Shown here: piece after piece, positions 10,245-19,545 of the stretch
Numbering within the stretch: the first letter of the stretch is position 1
Layout of the letters: each line of letters begins with the position of its first letter
DNA from: Candidatus Campbellbacteria bacterium GW2011_OD1_34_28
GTDB lineage: Bacteria > Patescibacteriota > Minisyncoccia > Phycocordibacterales > UBA12079
Assembly: GCA_001029775.1 (NCBI GenBank)
Contig: CP011215.1
Coordinates: 554,303-618,302, forward strand
Length of the DNA stretch: 64,000 nt
Direction: 5' to 3'
The notes under the pieces: generated by a model
The model's input: the letters and a program-made list of their open reading frames with translations, nothing else
What the model was told of the DNA's origin: nothing
The model's database searches: none
Made by a program: the position numbers and the translations under genes

Positions 10245-11372
10245 TTATTTCTCATGGCCTAAAGCAATTTCTAAAATACCGTTAGCAATTTTTTCTCCTG
10301 CATCTAATTTTGCAAATTTTTTTGTTGCTTCTGCCATTTGATTTCTTTTTTCCTCATTATTCATCAGATTTACTATTTCTGCTTCTAGAAGGTGCGGTGT
10401 TAAATTGTTTTCTTCAACAACTATTGTTGCTCCTGTTCTAGCATAAGAATAGGCATTTTTTCTTTGATGATCTCCTGCCGAACTATTTATAGGGATTACA
10501 ATACTTGGAATTCCCCAAGCAGCGATTTCAGAAATTGAACCACCTGCTCGTGATATGATCAAATCACTTGCTCCAACCGCCATTTTCAAAGCAAGAAAAT
10601 CAAGATATTTGAAAGGTTTGTATCTTTTTTTGTAAGAGCTATCTTGGATTAACATATTTGCTCGCGATACTACTTCTTCAAAATTGTTTTTTCCTGTTTG
10701 ATGTATTATTTGATATTTATCCAAAATGTTTGGCAAAATATCGACAATAATATCATTAATTATTTGTGAACCTTGTGATCCACCTAGAATCAAAATTGTC
10801 GGTGTCTCTTTTTCTAGTTTTAAAAATTCGTGTGCTCCTTGTTCAAGAGGTGTTGTCAATCCTCTTCTGATTGGATTACCTGTATAGGCGGTTTTGCTTT
10901 TATCCAAGTAATCAGCAGTTTCTGGAAAACCAATTGAAACTTTTTTTGCAAATTTTGAAGCCCACAGAGCTACTTTCCCAGGAACAGTATCGGTTACGTG
11001 AACTACTACAGGAATTCTGAAAAATTTTGCAGCAAAAAGCATCGGGAAAGCACCGTATCCCCCGTTGGTAAATACTACATCGGGATAAATTGACCACATC
11101 ATAAAAAGAGCTTTTATTACAGCGTTGATTGTTTTGAAAATATCAAAAAAATTTTGAATAGAAAAATATAATCTCAATTTTCCCGTAGATAATTTTTTGA
11201 AAGTAATGTCGTTTCTGAACAAAAGATCTTCGTCGTATGGTTGGTCTGAAACAAAGAACATTTCTGGTTGTAGTAATTTGTGTTCCTCAGAGATTTTTCT
11301 GATGTGTTGAGCAACAGCAACCATTGGGTAAAAATGTCCGCCTGTTCCTCCTCCTGTTAATAAAATTTTCAT
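10245..11372 (-). CDS. murG: MurG GlcNAc transferase
   Basis: GGGTGGH, GNPIR, GGSQG, SRAG. Confidence 0.95.
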   Translation of the reverse strand: MKILLTGGGTGGHFYPMVAVAQHIRKISEEHKLLQPEMFFVSDQPYDEDLLFRNDITFKKLSTGKLRLYFSIQNFFDIFKTINAVIKALFMMWSIYPDVVFTNGGYGAFPMLFAAKFFRIPVVVHVTDTVPGKVALWASKFAKKVSIGFPETADYLDKSKTAYTGNPIRRGLTTPLEQGAHEFLKLEKETPTILILGGSQGSQIINDIIVDILPNILDKYQIIHQTGKNNFEEVVSRANMLIQDSSYKKRYKPFKYLDFLALKMAVGASDLIISRAGGSISEIAAWGIPSIVIPINSSAGDHQRKNAYSYARTGATIVVEENNLTPHLLEAEIVNLMNNEEKRNQMAEATKKFAKLDAGEKIANGILEIALGHEK

Positions 11373-11388
11373 AAATAAAAATGATCAA

Positions 11389-12486
11389 TTATCTTTTTTG
11401 ATATCTGGAAATATTTAGAATAATTCCGACTTCTAATAATGTAATAAATAGTGCTGTTCCTCCGTGACTGACAAACAACAAAGGTATTCCTGTTAATGGA
11501 AATATTCCCAACATTGAAGCCATATTAATAAATGATTGGGACACTATCAGTATAACAATTCCAACCGCCAATAGTCTACCAAAAGTACTGTCTGATTTTG
11601 ATGCGATTTGGAATCCTCGAAAGGCAAACGCCAAGAATAGTGATATGAGCAAGACTGATCCAACAAATCCCCACTCTTCTGCTGTAACCGCAAAAATAGA
11701 GTCGCCTATTGGTTCAGGAAGATAGTTAAATTTTTGAATACTTTTTCCAAATCCTCTACCAAACCATTCTCCTGATCCAACAGCAATAAGAGATTGTTTT
11801 ATTTGGTATCCTGCTCCCAGACTATCTGCGGATGGGTTTAAAAAAGTGACTATTCTTTGTAGCACATATGGTTTCATCATTATCCACCCGCCAGCTCCCG
11901 CCAGTGCCACCCCTACCAAACCAAACAAATGACTCCACTTTGCTTCAGCTGCAAAAAATATACAAAATCCTGCAATTGCCAAAACTAAAAATGTTCCAGT
12001 ATCCGGTTGTTTCAATATCACCGCACCACTTATGACTATCATTCCAAGTAATGGGAAAAAACCATATTTTAAATTTTTTATCATTCCTTTAACACTGGCA
12101 AGCCACGCTGATAAATAAATAACAAAAGCTAGTTTCAAAAGTTCTGATGGTTGAAATGTTTGTCCTGCAATTTTAATCCATCTTTTTGCTCCGCCGTGCT
12201 CCATGCCCAAAAAAGGGACAAAGACCATCGCAGTTAGAAAAAGCGCAAAAAGAAAAATATAAAAAGCATATTTTCTATAATGAGTATAATGAACTCTGGA
12301 TGTTATAAACATAGCTGTTAAACCCAAAACAAGACCTAGAGCTATTTGATTAAACATAATAGAAGACATCCTTGCTCCCTCTCGTGTTAATAGCCCTAGA
12401 GACGCAGATGAAAATATAAAAAAACCAGACAAGACTAGTAGTCCTACAATAATCAAAAATATTTTATCCACATTTTTTCTGTGCAT
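11389..12486 (-). CDS. ftsW: FtsW SEDS peptidoglycan polymerase
   Basis: GAKRWI, FQPSE, QPDTGT, SHGG; adjacent to murG. Confidence 0.9.
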   Translation of the reverse strand: MHRKNVDKIFLIIVGLLVLSGFFIFSSASLGLLTREGARMSSIMFNQIALGLVLGLTAMFITSRVHYTHYRKYAFYIFLFALFLTAMVFVPFLGMEHGGAKRWIKIAGQTFQPSELLKLAFVIYLSAWLASVKGMIKNLKYGFFPLLGMIVISGAVILKQPDTGTFLVLAIAGFCIFFAAEAKWSHLFGLVGVALAGAGGWIMMKPYVLQRIVTFLNPSADSLGAGYQIKQSLIAVGSGEWFGRGFGKSIQKFNYLPEPIGDSIFAVTAEEWGFVGSVLLISLFLAFAFRGFQIASKSDSTFGRLLAVGIVILIVSQSFINMASMLGIFPLTGIPLLFVSHGGTALFITLLEVGIILNISRYQKR

Positions 12487-12559
12487 TGAGCTTATTATAC
12501 AATGCAAAATTTGAAATATGAAAAAAATATGTGAATACCAGCGCTGACGCGCAAGTATC

Positions 12560-12625
12560 AAGGTGTAAGTAGAAAGGTATAAGTAGAAAGGTGTAAGTAG
12601 AAAGGTGTAAGGGTTAAGTCATAAG
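12560..12625. repeat. imperfect heptamer tandem repeat (AAGGTGT/AAGTAGA)
   Basis: about 9 units; related tracts at 17959-18020, 34690-34725, 51395-51420, 58262-58295. Confidence 0.8.
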
Positions 12626-12656
12626 AAACAAAAAAGTTTTTGACTATAAATATAAA

Positions 12657-12694
12657 AAATCAAAAATCCGCGGTTTAGCGCGGATTTTTGATTT
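12657..12694 (-). terminator. terminator downstream of rnpB
   Basis: AAATCAAAAATCCGCG/CGCGGATTTTTGATTT. Confidence 0.75.
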
Positions 12695-12701
12695 AATTGT
12701 T

Positions 12702-13384
12702 TTTGATATCTATAAGCCGAATTCTGTATCCGTCGATTGACGGACGATAATTATTTATCTGGGATCGTTGTTGTCAACAACCTCTAGCGACTCCCCCAGT
12801 CGCTCCTCGCCAAGCTCGTCGCGAATTTTCAATTTTCAAGGTTCAATTTTCATTTGTTAAATGTAAATTGAAAATTGTTAAATGAAAATTCGTTCCGAAC
12901 GCAGTGAGGAACGGCTGGATACGGTCTTGCACTCAGGTAAGGATTTAGCCGTTTCACTTTCTATGTTTCCATAAAAACTAACCCCGAGGGGTTCTTAAAA
13001 TTTTTCAATTTTAAGCGTCTCTGCTCGCACCTCTAAAATCACTTTTGACGGGTGTTACCCGCTACCCTTGTCGCTCCTCGCTTCGCTCGGAGCAAGTAAT
13101 AAGGAGAAAGGCATAAGGAGTAAGTAAAAAATTTGCTCCGCAAATTTTTTCGTTTCTTATTACTTACACCTTACTACTTAATACTTGCGCGCCAGCGCAA
13201 CGAGGAACGACCGAGTGTTCGGACTTTCCTCTTGGTCATTCCTCACTGTGTTCGGAACGAAGAATTAGAATTTAGTATGAGAATTAGGAATTAAATTTGC
13301 AAGGCAAATTTAATTCTAATACTTTTCCCTAATACTTTGTGACGAATAAAGTGAGGAACAACCAAGCAATTATCCAATATCAAA
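12702..13384 (-). ncRNA. rnpB: RNase P RNA (about 683 nt, three large expansions)
   Basis: minus strand GAGGAAAGUCCGAAC, GUGAAACGG, GCAAG, AGAUAAAUAAUU and ACAGAAUUCGGCUUAUA; P1 UUUGAUAUU/GAUAUCAAA; promoter TTGATT-17-TATAAT at ~13394-13422. Confidence 0.93.
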
Positions 13385-13545
13385 GAACAAAGATATTATA
13401 TAGTACTGCTATTGACAAATCAAGCATTTTTGTTATTTACTCTTGACTAAACAGGGTTTTATATAGTATAGTTATGGGTAGAAATAGTGTCATTTTTTGA
13501 CAAAACAATATAACTTTTGTGTCCGTTTGGACAAGGAGGAGTGGT

Positions 13546-14682
13546 ATGAAAAATTTTTTCAAGAATGTGTGGAGAAGAAAACCTTCGTCTACACCACCAA
13601 CAACACCTACACCACCTACACCACCTACACCACCTACACCACCATCACTAACACCTACACAGGAACCGGAAAAGGGAAAAAAGTCAATAAAAAGGTTGTA
13701 TACCTTTTTGATCGGGATGGCTTTCAACGCGGGGTTGATTTTTGTGGCGACTATTATCGTCACCAATTTCACCGGCGGTTTCAGTATCCGTGGCATCATT
13801 GCCTCGGTGCTCGTTGACTTGGCAATTCTACTTGTCTTTGGGTGGAATGGAATTCGTGAAATCAAACCAGTGCACATTGGTGTGCCGATGATCTTCGGAG
13901 ATTTGTCGGACTTATTTTTGCTCCCTGGCGGTTATTTCTGGTTACCTCCCAAACCTTTTATGGATTTTGTGGAGGTGTCTTTGAAAGAGAGGACGATGAA
14001 TCCTGACATTAAAGGGATTTTGTCGTCTGACAACAAAACGGCGAGCATCGACGCTCAAATTCAGTTTTTTGTAAGTAACCCGTACATTTACTTGAAAGTG
14101 GATGAACCCGACAAGGCTCTTGAGGGTCTGGTTGGGAGAAATGTCCGATGGCTGGCAAATATGGTGGAGGTCGTAAAACTTCCTGGGGTGAAGGGTCTAT
14201 TTTCCGATCTCTTGGAAGGAACAACTTTGGACAAGATAGTTGGGCATGATTCAACCGACACTGACAGAGTCGTCGCAGAGGCGTTGGCCTTAGGTCTAAT
14301 AAAAGACTCAGCAGAAGATTTTTCAAAAATAAACGTCGGCGGTATCAAAGAAACCGCGGAAGAATGGGGATTGACTATTAAGAAAGCCATGGTGACTGAG
14401 GTGGGAATTCCACAAGAAATCACCAAGGCCAATGCTGAAAAAGATGTTGAGATGGCCCAGGCCAGATCGGAAACTATTCAGCAGGAATTGTTTTGGACAC
14501 TTCTCGGCGGTGGAAATCTGGAGGAAGGAAAAGAGGTTTGGAAGAAGATGGATGGTCCTGAAAGGGCTAAAATAATTCAAGCCGAGAGAAATAAAAGAAC
14601 CGTCATCACGGTTGATGGCAACGCGGGAGATTTCACAAAGGGTGCTGTCGCGGGTGCTCAAATAACCGGAGGTAACCCATGA
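13546..14682 (+). CDS. SPFH/Band 7 membrane protein with N-terminal Pro/Thr repeat
   Basis: 2 TM, ILSSDNKTASIDAQIQF, EEWGLTI...EVGIPQEI; SD AGGAGG; 9-bp ACACCACCT repeats. Confidence 0.75.
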   Translation: MKNFFKNVWRRKPSSTPPTTPTPPTPPTPPTPPSLTPTQEPEKGKKSIKRLYTFLIGMAFNAGLIFVATIIVTNFTGGFSIRGIIASVLVDLAILLVFGWNGIREIKPVHIGVPMIFGDLSDLFLLPGGYFWLPPKPFMDFVEVSLKERTMNPDIKGILSSDNKTASIDAQIQFFVSNPYIYLKVDEPDKALEGLVGRNVRWLANMVEVVKLPGVKGLFSDLLEGTTLDKIVGHDSTDTDRVVAEALALGLIKDSAEDFSKINVGGIKETAEEWGLTIKKAMVTEVGIPQEITKANAEKDVEMAQARSETIQQELFWTLLGGGNLEEGKEVWKKMDGPERAKIIQAERNKRTVITVDGNAGDFTKGAVAGAQITGGNP

Positions 14683-15158
14683 AAAGAATCAGCTGGGGAT
14701 GGCCCACGACACTTGTCGTTATAGCGGTCATCGTAATTTTGACGGCATCGCTTCCGATGCCGAGTTGCACTAAAAAAGTAAAAGTGGGAGACTCTCCTTC
14801 TGTGACGTCAGGTTCAGAGATTGAGTGGCCTAGAGCGTACAAGGAAACAGTAAATCCGGATCGCGAGGAGTTCGTGTATCCGGGGAAAGACATGTGGCTG
14901 GAGGAGCCGGTATATGTCTCTGGGCTTCACTGGGCGTGGTTCGATTTCGTTGACAAGAACATTAGTGATGATCGAATGTATGTCCGGTGTGCTAATGTTC
15001 CGGAGAATCTGGATAATGCAAAAGTCCGGATGATAAATGCAAATTCAAACCAGGATCCTTTTCCAGGGATTACTGGGTGCAGGTACTTCGACATGAAGTT
15101 ACCTCCAGACACAAGAGTTGGGAATCCTGTAGTATCATTTCGCATCAGCAAGATGTGA
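14679..15158 (+). CDS. hypothetical membrane-anchored protein co-transcribed with SPFH gene
   Basis: 4-nt overlap, SD GGAGG, terminator 15170-15211. Confidence 0.65.
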   Translation: MKRISWGWPTTLVVIAVIVILTASLPMPSCTKKVKVGDSPSVTSGSEIEWPRAYKETVNPDREEFVYPGKDMWLEEPVYVSGLHWAWFDFVDKNISDDRMYVRCANVPENLDNAKVRMINANSNQDPFPGITGCRYFDMKLPPDTRVGNPVVSFRISKM

Positions 15159-15230
15159 TGAAACACAGGAAAAAGCGGTTGCAGGGATTCGTCCCCACAA
15201 CCGCTTTTTTTATTTTGAATGAAATAATGA

Positions 15231-15267
15231 CGTGGATTGCTTCGTCGCAGGCTCCTCGCAAAGACGG
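15231..15267. repeat. REP-like element GGATTGCTTC...CGCAAAGAC
   Basis: copies at 18096-18126, 23111-23213 (inverted pair), 52984-53014, 58390-58417. Confidence 0.75.
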
Positions 15268-15275
15268 GCCACTTT

Positions 15276-15620
15276 TTACAGCACCCCTACTCCCAACTGA
15301 TTAATCGTTCCTGCAATAACTTTTGCTAAAATAGATGAGCCTAACAAAACAGCAATGCCTACAAGCGTCCAAAGAAGTGCTTGATGTGCTTTTGCAACTT
15401 TTCCGGGGTTTCCTCTTGCTTCTACATATAAAAATCCGGCAAAAATAAGGAACAAAACTGCAATCGGCGTACCTATTTGAATCATTACTTTTATTATAAG
15501 ATCAATAAGACCTTGAATTGTGCCAACATTTAATGGATTGTCTACACCTGTACCTATCGCCCCAACAAAACTAAAAGGAATGATCAGAAAAACGCTTATT
15601 AATAAAATATATTTTTTCAT
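15276..15620 (-). CDS. CPR pilin (TrbC/VirB2-like)
   Basis: NPL...LIFAGFLYVEARGNPGKVAKAHQALLWTLVG. Confidence 0.8.
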   Translation of the reverse strand: MKKYILLISVFLIIPFSFVGAIGTGVDNPLNVGTIQGLIDLIIKVMIQIGTPIAVLFLIFAGFLYVEARGNPGKVAKAHQALLWTLVGIAVLLGSSILAKVIAGTINQLGVGVL

Positions 15621-15645
15621 AATTAAAACAAATTATTTTTTTAAA

Positions 15646-16053
15646 CTAATTTAAAAAGTCTTGATAATATTCTGGCTTTGCTAAAACACTGACGATCAAT
15701 TTTACAATAAGCCAAGAAGCAAGAATCCAAAACATTCCTGTTATCAAAGACACTATTCTTCCTCTTGCTGCTGAAACGGCACTTGATTTGTTTCCTTCTA
15801 CTATCAATGTCCAACCGATCCACGCAAACAAAATTGTCGCAATTGGAATAGATAACCAAATAAAAACGTCTAAAATAGTATCCATCAATATTATTAAATC
15901 AGACCAATGGCATCCATCTGGAGAGGCACTTTGTGTTCTAGCACAATTTGGCACAATTGACGGGTTGAGAGGACTCCACGCTTTTGCTAAAACAGGAATA
16001 GATAATATCCCCCACAAACCCAAAGAATAAATTTTTGAAAGTGATATTCGCAT
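15646..16053 (-). CDS. CPR pilin (TrbC/VirB2-like)
   Basis: IVPNC..C..DL, FAWIGW..GN..AR...ILASWLIV. Confidence 0.75.
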   Translation of the reverse strand: MRISLSKIYSLGLWGILSIPVLAKAWSPLNPSIVPNCARTQSASPDGCHWSDLIILMDTILDVFIWLSIPIATILFAWIGWTLIVEGNKSSAVSAARGRIVSLITGMFWILASWLIVKLIVSVLAKPEYYQDFLN

Positions 16054-16070
16054 TATATTGGTTTATTTTT

Positions 16071-17360
16071 TTATCTTGTAATTAAAGCAATCATTTCGTC
16101 TTCTGCTTGCTGTATTGCCTCGGAAATCTTTTTTCTTCCAGATATAATTGAATTTATCATAGCATTAAAGATTTCACTCGTCTCGTCTTTGTTTAGGTCT
16201 AGCCATCCTTTTGAAATAAGAGCGGATTTATAAAATATGTCTAAATAAGGATCTGCAACTTCCTTGGATGAAAGAGCACGCGACACAGGAGGAAGATTTG
16301 TTAATTCTGATAGGTGTATTAAAACATCGTCATTTGTAAGAGCTTGGATTGTACTATATGAATGACCTATGTTTTTTGATGCTTTGACAACTGCCAATCC
16401 GTACATCTTTCCAAAAGTAACAACATTTCCACTTTCTGTTTGTGGCATCATTGCAACATCAAAATTTAAGTTTGGATTTTTTGTTCGGAGTTGTGATAGT
16501 TCACTTGCAAAACCAAAGTAAAGAGCCAAATCACCCGCTAAAAATGATTTAGTTGAATCTGGCAGGGCTCTGTTCCATGTGTAAACTGGTTTTACAGGAT
16601 TTGAGAATTGAGTATAAAAACTTAGTGCTTCTTCTGTTGGAGAAATTTCGTTTCCAGCAGTTTGTGAAAGTGTTACATCAAAAGAATCATCGGTTCTTTT
16701 TGTAATCGGATTGCCAGTTTGCATAAGCAAGGTAGAAATAATTTCTTTTGCATGAGAAATATTTTGATAATCGCCAAGTGCAACCAAGCTGGTAAAAATA
16801 TTAAAATCTTTGTCTTTGTCGGTTACTTTTTGGCTAAGAGCAAAAAATTCGTCCCAATATTTTGGTGCTATCGCAATACCATTTTTTGAAAAAATATCCC
16901 TATTCCAGTACATTACCATTGGGTCAATTGTAAAAGGAAAAGCTAATATCCCTGAATTTGTTAAATATAATTCACCTTCTTCGATGAATTTATCTTTAAA
17001 ATTTCTTACGGAATAAGTGTCGTATGGTACTGCAAATATTTTATCTTCGTGTTTTACAATACTGTCTTGGGGCAACATAAAGACATCTGGGCCTTTTCCA
17101 GAAGAGATTGCCTCGGCTAATTCTTGATTAAAATTTTCTTCGTCTATTTGGCGATATGTCACTCCATCATAAATATTATCGCTCTCACTTTTTAATTTAT
17201 CCAAAACTTGATTCATCAAATCTTTATCTAGTGTTCCCCAGATAGCGACAGACCCAACCGAATCTGAACTGCCACCTTTTCCAAATGTGGCAAATAAAAC
17301 AACTCCTACCATAATAAAGAAAACGAATATTCCTGTAAGTACGATTTGAAAATTTGTCAT
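16071..17360 (-). CDS. extracellular solute-binding protein (family 1)
   Basis: GKGPDVF, MYWNRDIF, FLAGDLALYFG. Confidence 0.85.
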   Translation of the reverse strand: MTNFQIVLTGIFVFFIMVGVVLFATFGKGGSSDSVGSVAIWGTLDKDLMNQVLDKLKSESDNIYDGVTYRQIDEENFNQELAEAISSGKGPDVFMLPQDSIVKHEDKIFAVPYDTYSVRNFKDKFIEEGELYLTNSGILAFPFTIDPMVMYWNRDIFSKNGIAIAPKYWDEFFALSQKVTDKDKDFNIFTSLVALGDYQNISHAKEIISTLLMQTGNPITKRTDDSFDVTLSQTAGNEISPTEEALSFYTQFSNPVKPVYTWNRALPDSTKSFLAGDLALYFGFASELSQLRTKNPNLNFDVAMMPQTESGNVVTFGKMYGLAVVKASKNIGHSYSTIQALTNDDVLIHLSELTNLPPVSRALSSKEVADPYLDIFYKSALISKGWLDLNKDETSEIFNAMINSIISGRKKISEAIQQAEDEMIALITR

Positions 17361-17890
17361 TATTTTTTTCTAAAAATTATCCCGTAATGATTTTCTCCTG
17401 CTTCTATTTTTTTAACGATAACAAATCCTTTATTGATAAAAAAATCTTCGGCTTGTTGCTCATTAAATACCATTTCTTTCGCAGGACCTATGTTATTGAA
17501 AGAATCAGACCAATCAACTACCAAAACTCTGCCATTTGGACGTAAAATTCTTTTTGTTTCAGACGCGAGGGCTTCTTTATTTTCTATTTGAAATAAGATG
17601 TTGGATAGTATAATTGCGTCAACAGAAGAATCTGCAAGTCTTGTTCCTCCCAATTTTTCTACATCCCCCCAAATATATTCTATATTAAATATTCTTTCAG
17701 TTTCTGCTTGTTTTTGAAGTTTTTCCAAAAGATTTTTTTGTACATCTATAGCGTAAACTCTACCCTCTTCCCCTACTTTTTTTGAAGCGGAAATAGTATA
17801 AAAACCAGAGCCAACACCCAAATCGGCGATCATCATTCCCTTCTCCAATCCAAATTGTTCGATATTTTTTTGCGGGTCTATAAAAGCCAT
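17360..17890 (-). CDS. class I SAM-dependent methyltransferase
   Basis: ADLGVGSG, YAIDVQ, RILRPNG. Confidence 0.88.
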   Translation of the reverse strand: MAFIDPQKNIEQFGLEKGMMIADLGVGSGFYTISASKKVGEEGRVYAIDVQKNLLEKLQKQAETERIFNIEYIWGDVEKLGGTRLADSSVDAIILSNILFQIENKEALASETKRILRPNGRVLVVDWSDSFNNIGPAKEMVFNEQQAEDFFINKGFVIVKKIEAGENHYGIIFRKK

Positions 17891-18032
17891 TAGGTATATT
17901 TTACTTGAAATTGCTCTTTTTTAAAACAGATTAAGGGGGATAACGGAACGAAGCATCAAGGGGTAAGGGGTAAGGTGTAAGTATTAAGTAGTGAGTATTA
18001 AGTAGTAAGGGGTAAGTAGACGAGAAATTTGC

Positions 18033-18075
18033 CCTGCCTCTTTTCTGAAAGAAAAGCAACGACACGGCAGGCAGG
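18033..18075. repeat. 43-bp CCTGCC...GGCAGG dispersed repeat
   Basis: identical copy 26120-26162; inverted near-copies 29280-29321 and 56742-56784. Confidence 0.9.
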
Positions 18076-18185
18076 TTTACAAATTTCATTCTTGTCCGTC
18101 TTTGCGAGTGAAACGAAGCAATCCAGGACATTAATATTTTTTAAACAAAAAACTCCCAGCACACAATGTGCCGGGAGTTTACAAA

Positions 18186-18920
18186 TTATCTTCGCAGGAT
18201 AGCTGTTTTTGCGAGAGAGAAAGATATTCCAGAAAAAACAGGAGCTTTTTGATAAAGAGATACCCCAAAACCCAGCACCGAACTTGTTTCTGCTTTTGTG
18301 AATAAATTCATTCCAATAAGACACACAACATTTCTACGTGCCTCTGAAAAAATGTTAGCCCCTACACAAACACACTGGATATCTTCATATGATTTTAAAA
18401 ACAAGTTAAAACCGCATACAATATAAATATCTTCAAACGCAAACGAAAAAGCATTTAAACCTGTAAAACAAAAAATATCGTTGTTTGAACTTGAAAATAA
18501 ATTAACACCGACAAGGCAAAAAATGTTAGATGCTTTTGAAAACAGATTTAAACCAAAGAAACAAGCAATATTTCCGCCTGCTTCTGAAAAAACATTAAAC
18601 CCCCACAATGTAAAAATATTTTTATGGGCACTCGAAAAAAAATTTAACCCGAAAACGGATTCACAGGAACCATCTTCGGCAACCTGGAAAAAAGATATCA
18701 AAGAATATATGTTTCCCTGTTCGCTCGCTCCCCCAAAAAGAGAAAAGGTTGCTCCAAAAATTTTCCACGGGTATGCCATCAAGAAAAATAACAGTGAAAT
18801 CCACAAACTGACAGTGTGCCCACTCAACCAATAAACAGAATTTGTTAAAATAGCAGAAATGGATCCTGCAAACAACAAATTAATTTCATCTACTTTTAAT
18901 GTAATTTTGGAAGTCCTCAT
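18186..18920 (-). CDS. membrane protein with ~15-aa GxNxFS repeats (cassette cargo)
   Basis: repeats GLNFFS/GFNVFS/GLNLFS/GVNLFS...; start at ATG 18920 with SD; own promoter and terminator. Confidence 0.65.
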   Translation of the reverse strand: MRTSKITLKVDEINLLFAGSISAILTNSVYWLSGHTVSLWISLLFFLMAYPWKIFGATFSLFGGASEQGNIYSLISFFQVAEDGSCESVFGLNFFSSAHKNIFTLWGFNVFSEAGGNIACFFGLNLFSKASNIFCLVGVNLFSSSNNDIFCFTGLNAFSFAFEDIYIVCGFNLFLKSYEDIQCVCVGANIFSEARRNVVCLIGMNLFTKAETSSVLGFGVSLYQKAPVFSGISFSLAKTAILRR

Positions 18921-19077
18921 TTGTTTTCCCCTTATTCTGATGTTATTAGTTTCAAAACTACAATTTCTTTGCAAACTATAAACCACAAAAGATATCGAGT
19001 CAATGGCTTGGAAATAAAAGTAAAAAATAAAAAACAGCCTGCTCTAATGCAGGCTGTTTGGGGCGGTTGCTCGCCCG

Positions 19078-19338
19078 TCACCTTCTTCCGCCTCCTCGGT
19101 AACTCTCTCTACCACCGACAAATAATTTTTCGGTGAACTTACAAACAGGGTACATCACCAAACAAAAAATCCAGAGAGGGGTTAAACTTACCATGAAAAT
19201 TAAAAAAAGTACCAATTTTCCGAGAGTGAACATGTCGGCACATATCGCCAACATCACCACAGGTATTGAGTCTCCAGCCCTTACTGAGGCTGATGTGTCT
19301 TCAAAGCACACGTCCTTTATGTATTCTTTTATCTTCAT
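19078..19338 (-). CDS. hypothetical membrane protein (family-A cassette cargo)
   Basis: SD AGGAG; preceded by family-A leader. Confidence 0.6.
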   Translation of the reverse strand: MKIKEYIKDVCFEDTSASVRAGDSIPVVMLAICADMFTLGKLVLFLIFMVSLTPLWIFCLVMYPVCKFTEKLFVGGRESYRGGGRR

Positions 19339-19380
19339 GTTGTCTCCTCATTTGTTTTGCGGACATTTAAGTTTTTCAAA

Positions 19381-19504
19381 AATTTTTAGGCGTTTTTTTC
19401 AAAACACCCTTATTTCCTATTTGTAATATTAACATAATTAAGCAACATTGTCAATTTATATAATAAAAACAACAAAAAACCGCTTTAAAATAGCGGTTTT
19501 TTGT
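19381..19504 (-). repeat. family-A cassette leader (terminator + promoter + 5' hairpin), copy 1
   Basis: near-identical to 25985-26109 and 30000-30124. Confidence 0.9.
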
Positions 19505-19545
19505 ATGTTGGGGTCTATTTTCTTACTCCTTAAACCTTACACCTA

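Noticed and set aside
12560-13366. CRISPR array
   Set aside because: Repeats are 7-nt tracts or hairpin modules without regular unique spacers; no cas genes in the window.
13437-13877. ORFs 13437-13877(-) and 13497-13817(+)
   Set aside because: Alternate-frame readings of the SPFH 9-bp repeat.
15276-16053. Conjugative element implied by VirB2-like genes
   Set aside because: Such pilins are common chromosomal CPR genes; no relaxase or T4SS ATPase in the window.
17931-18131. 66-aa ORF
   Set aside because: Made of three adjacent repeat elements.
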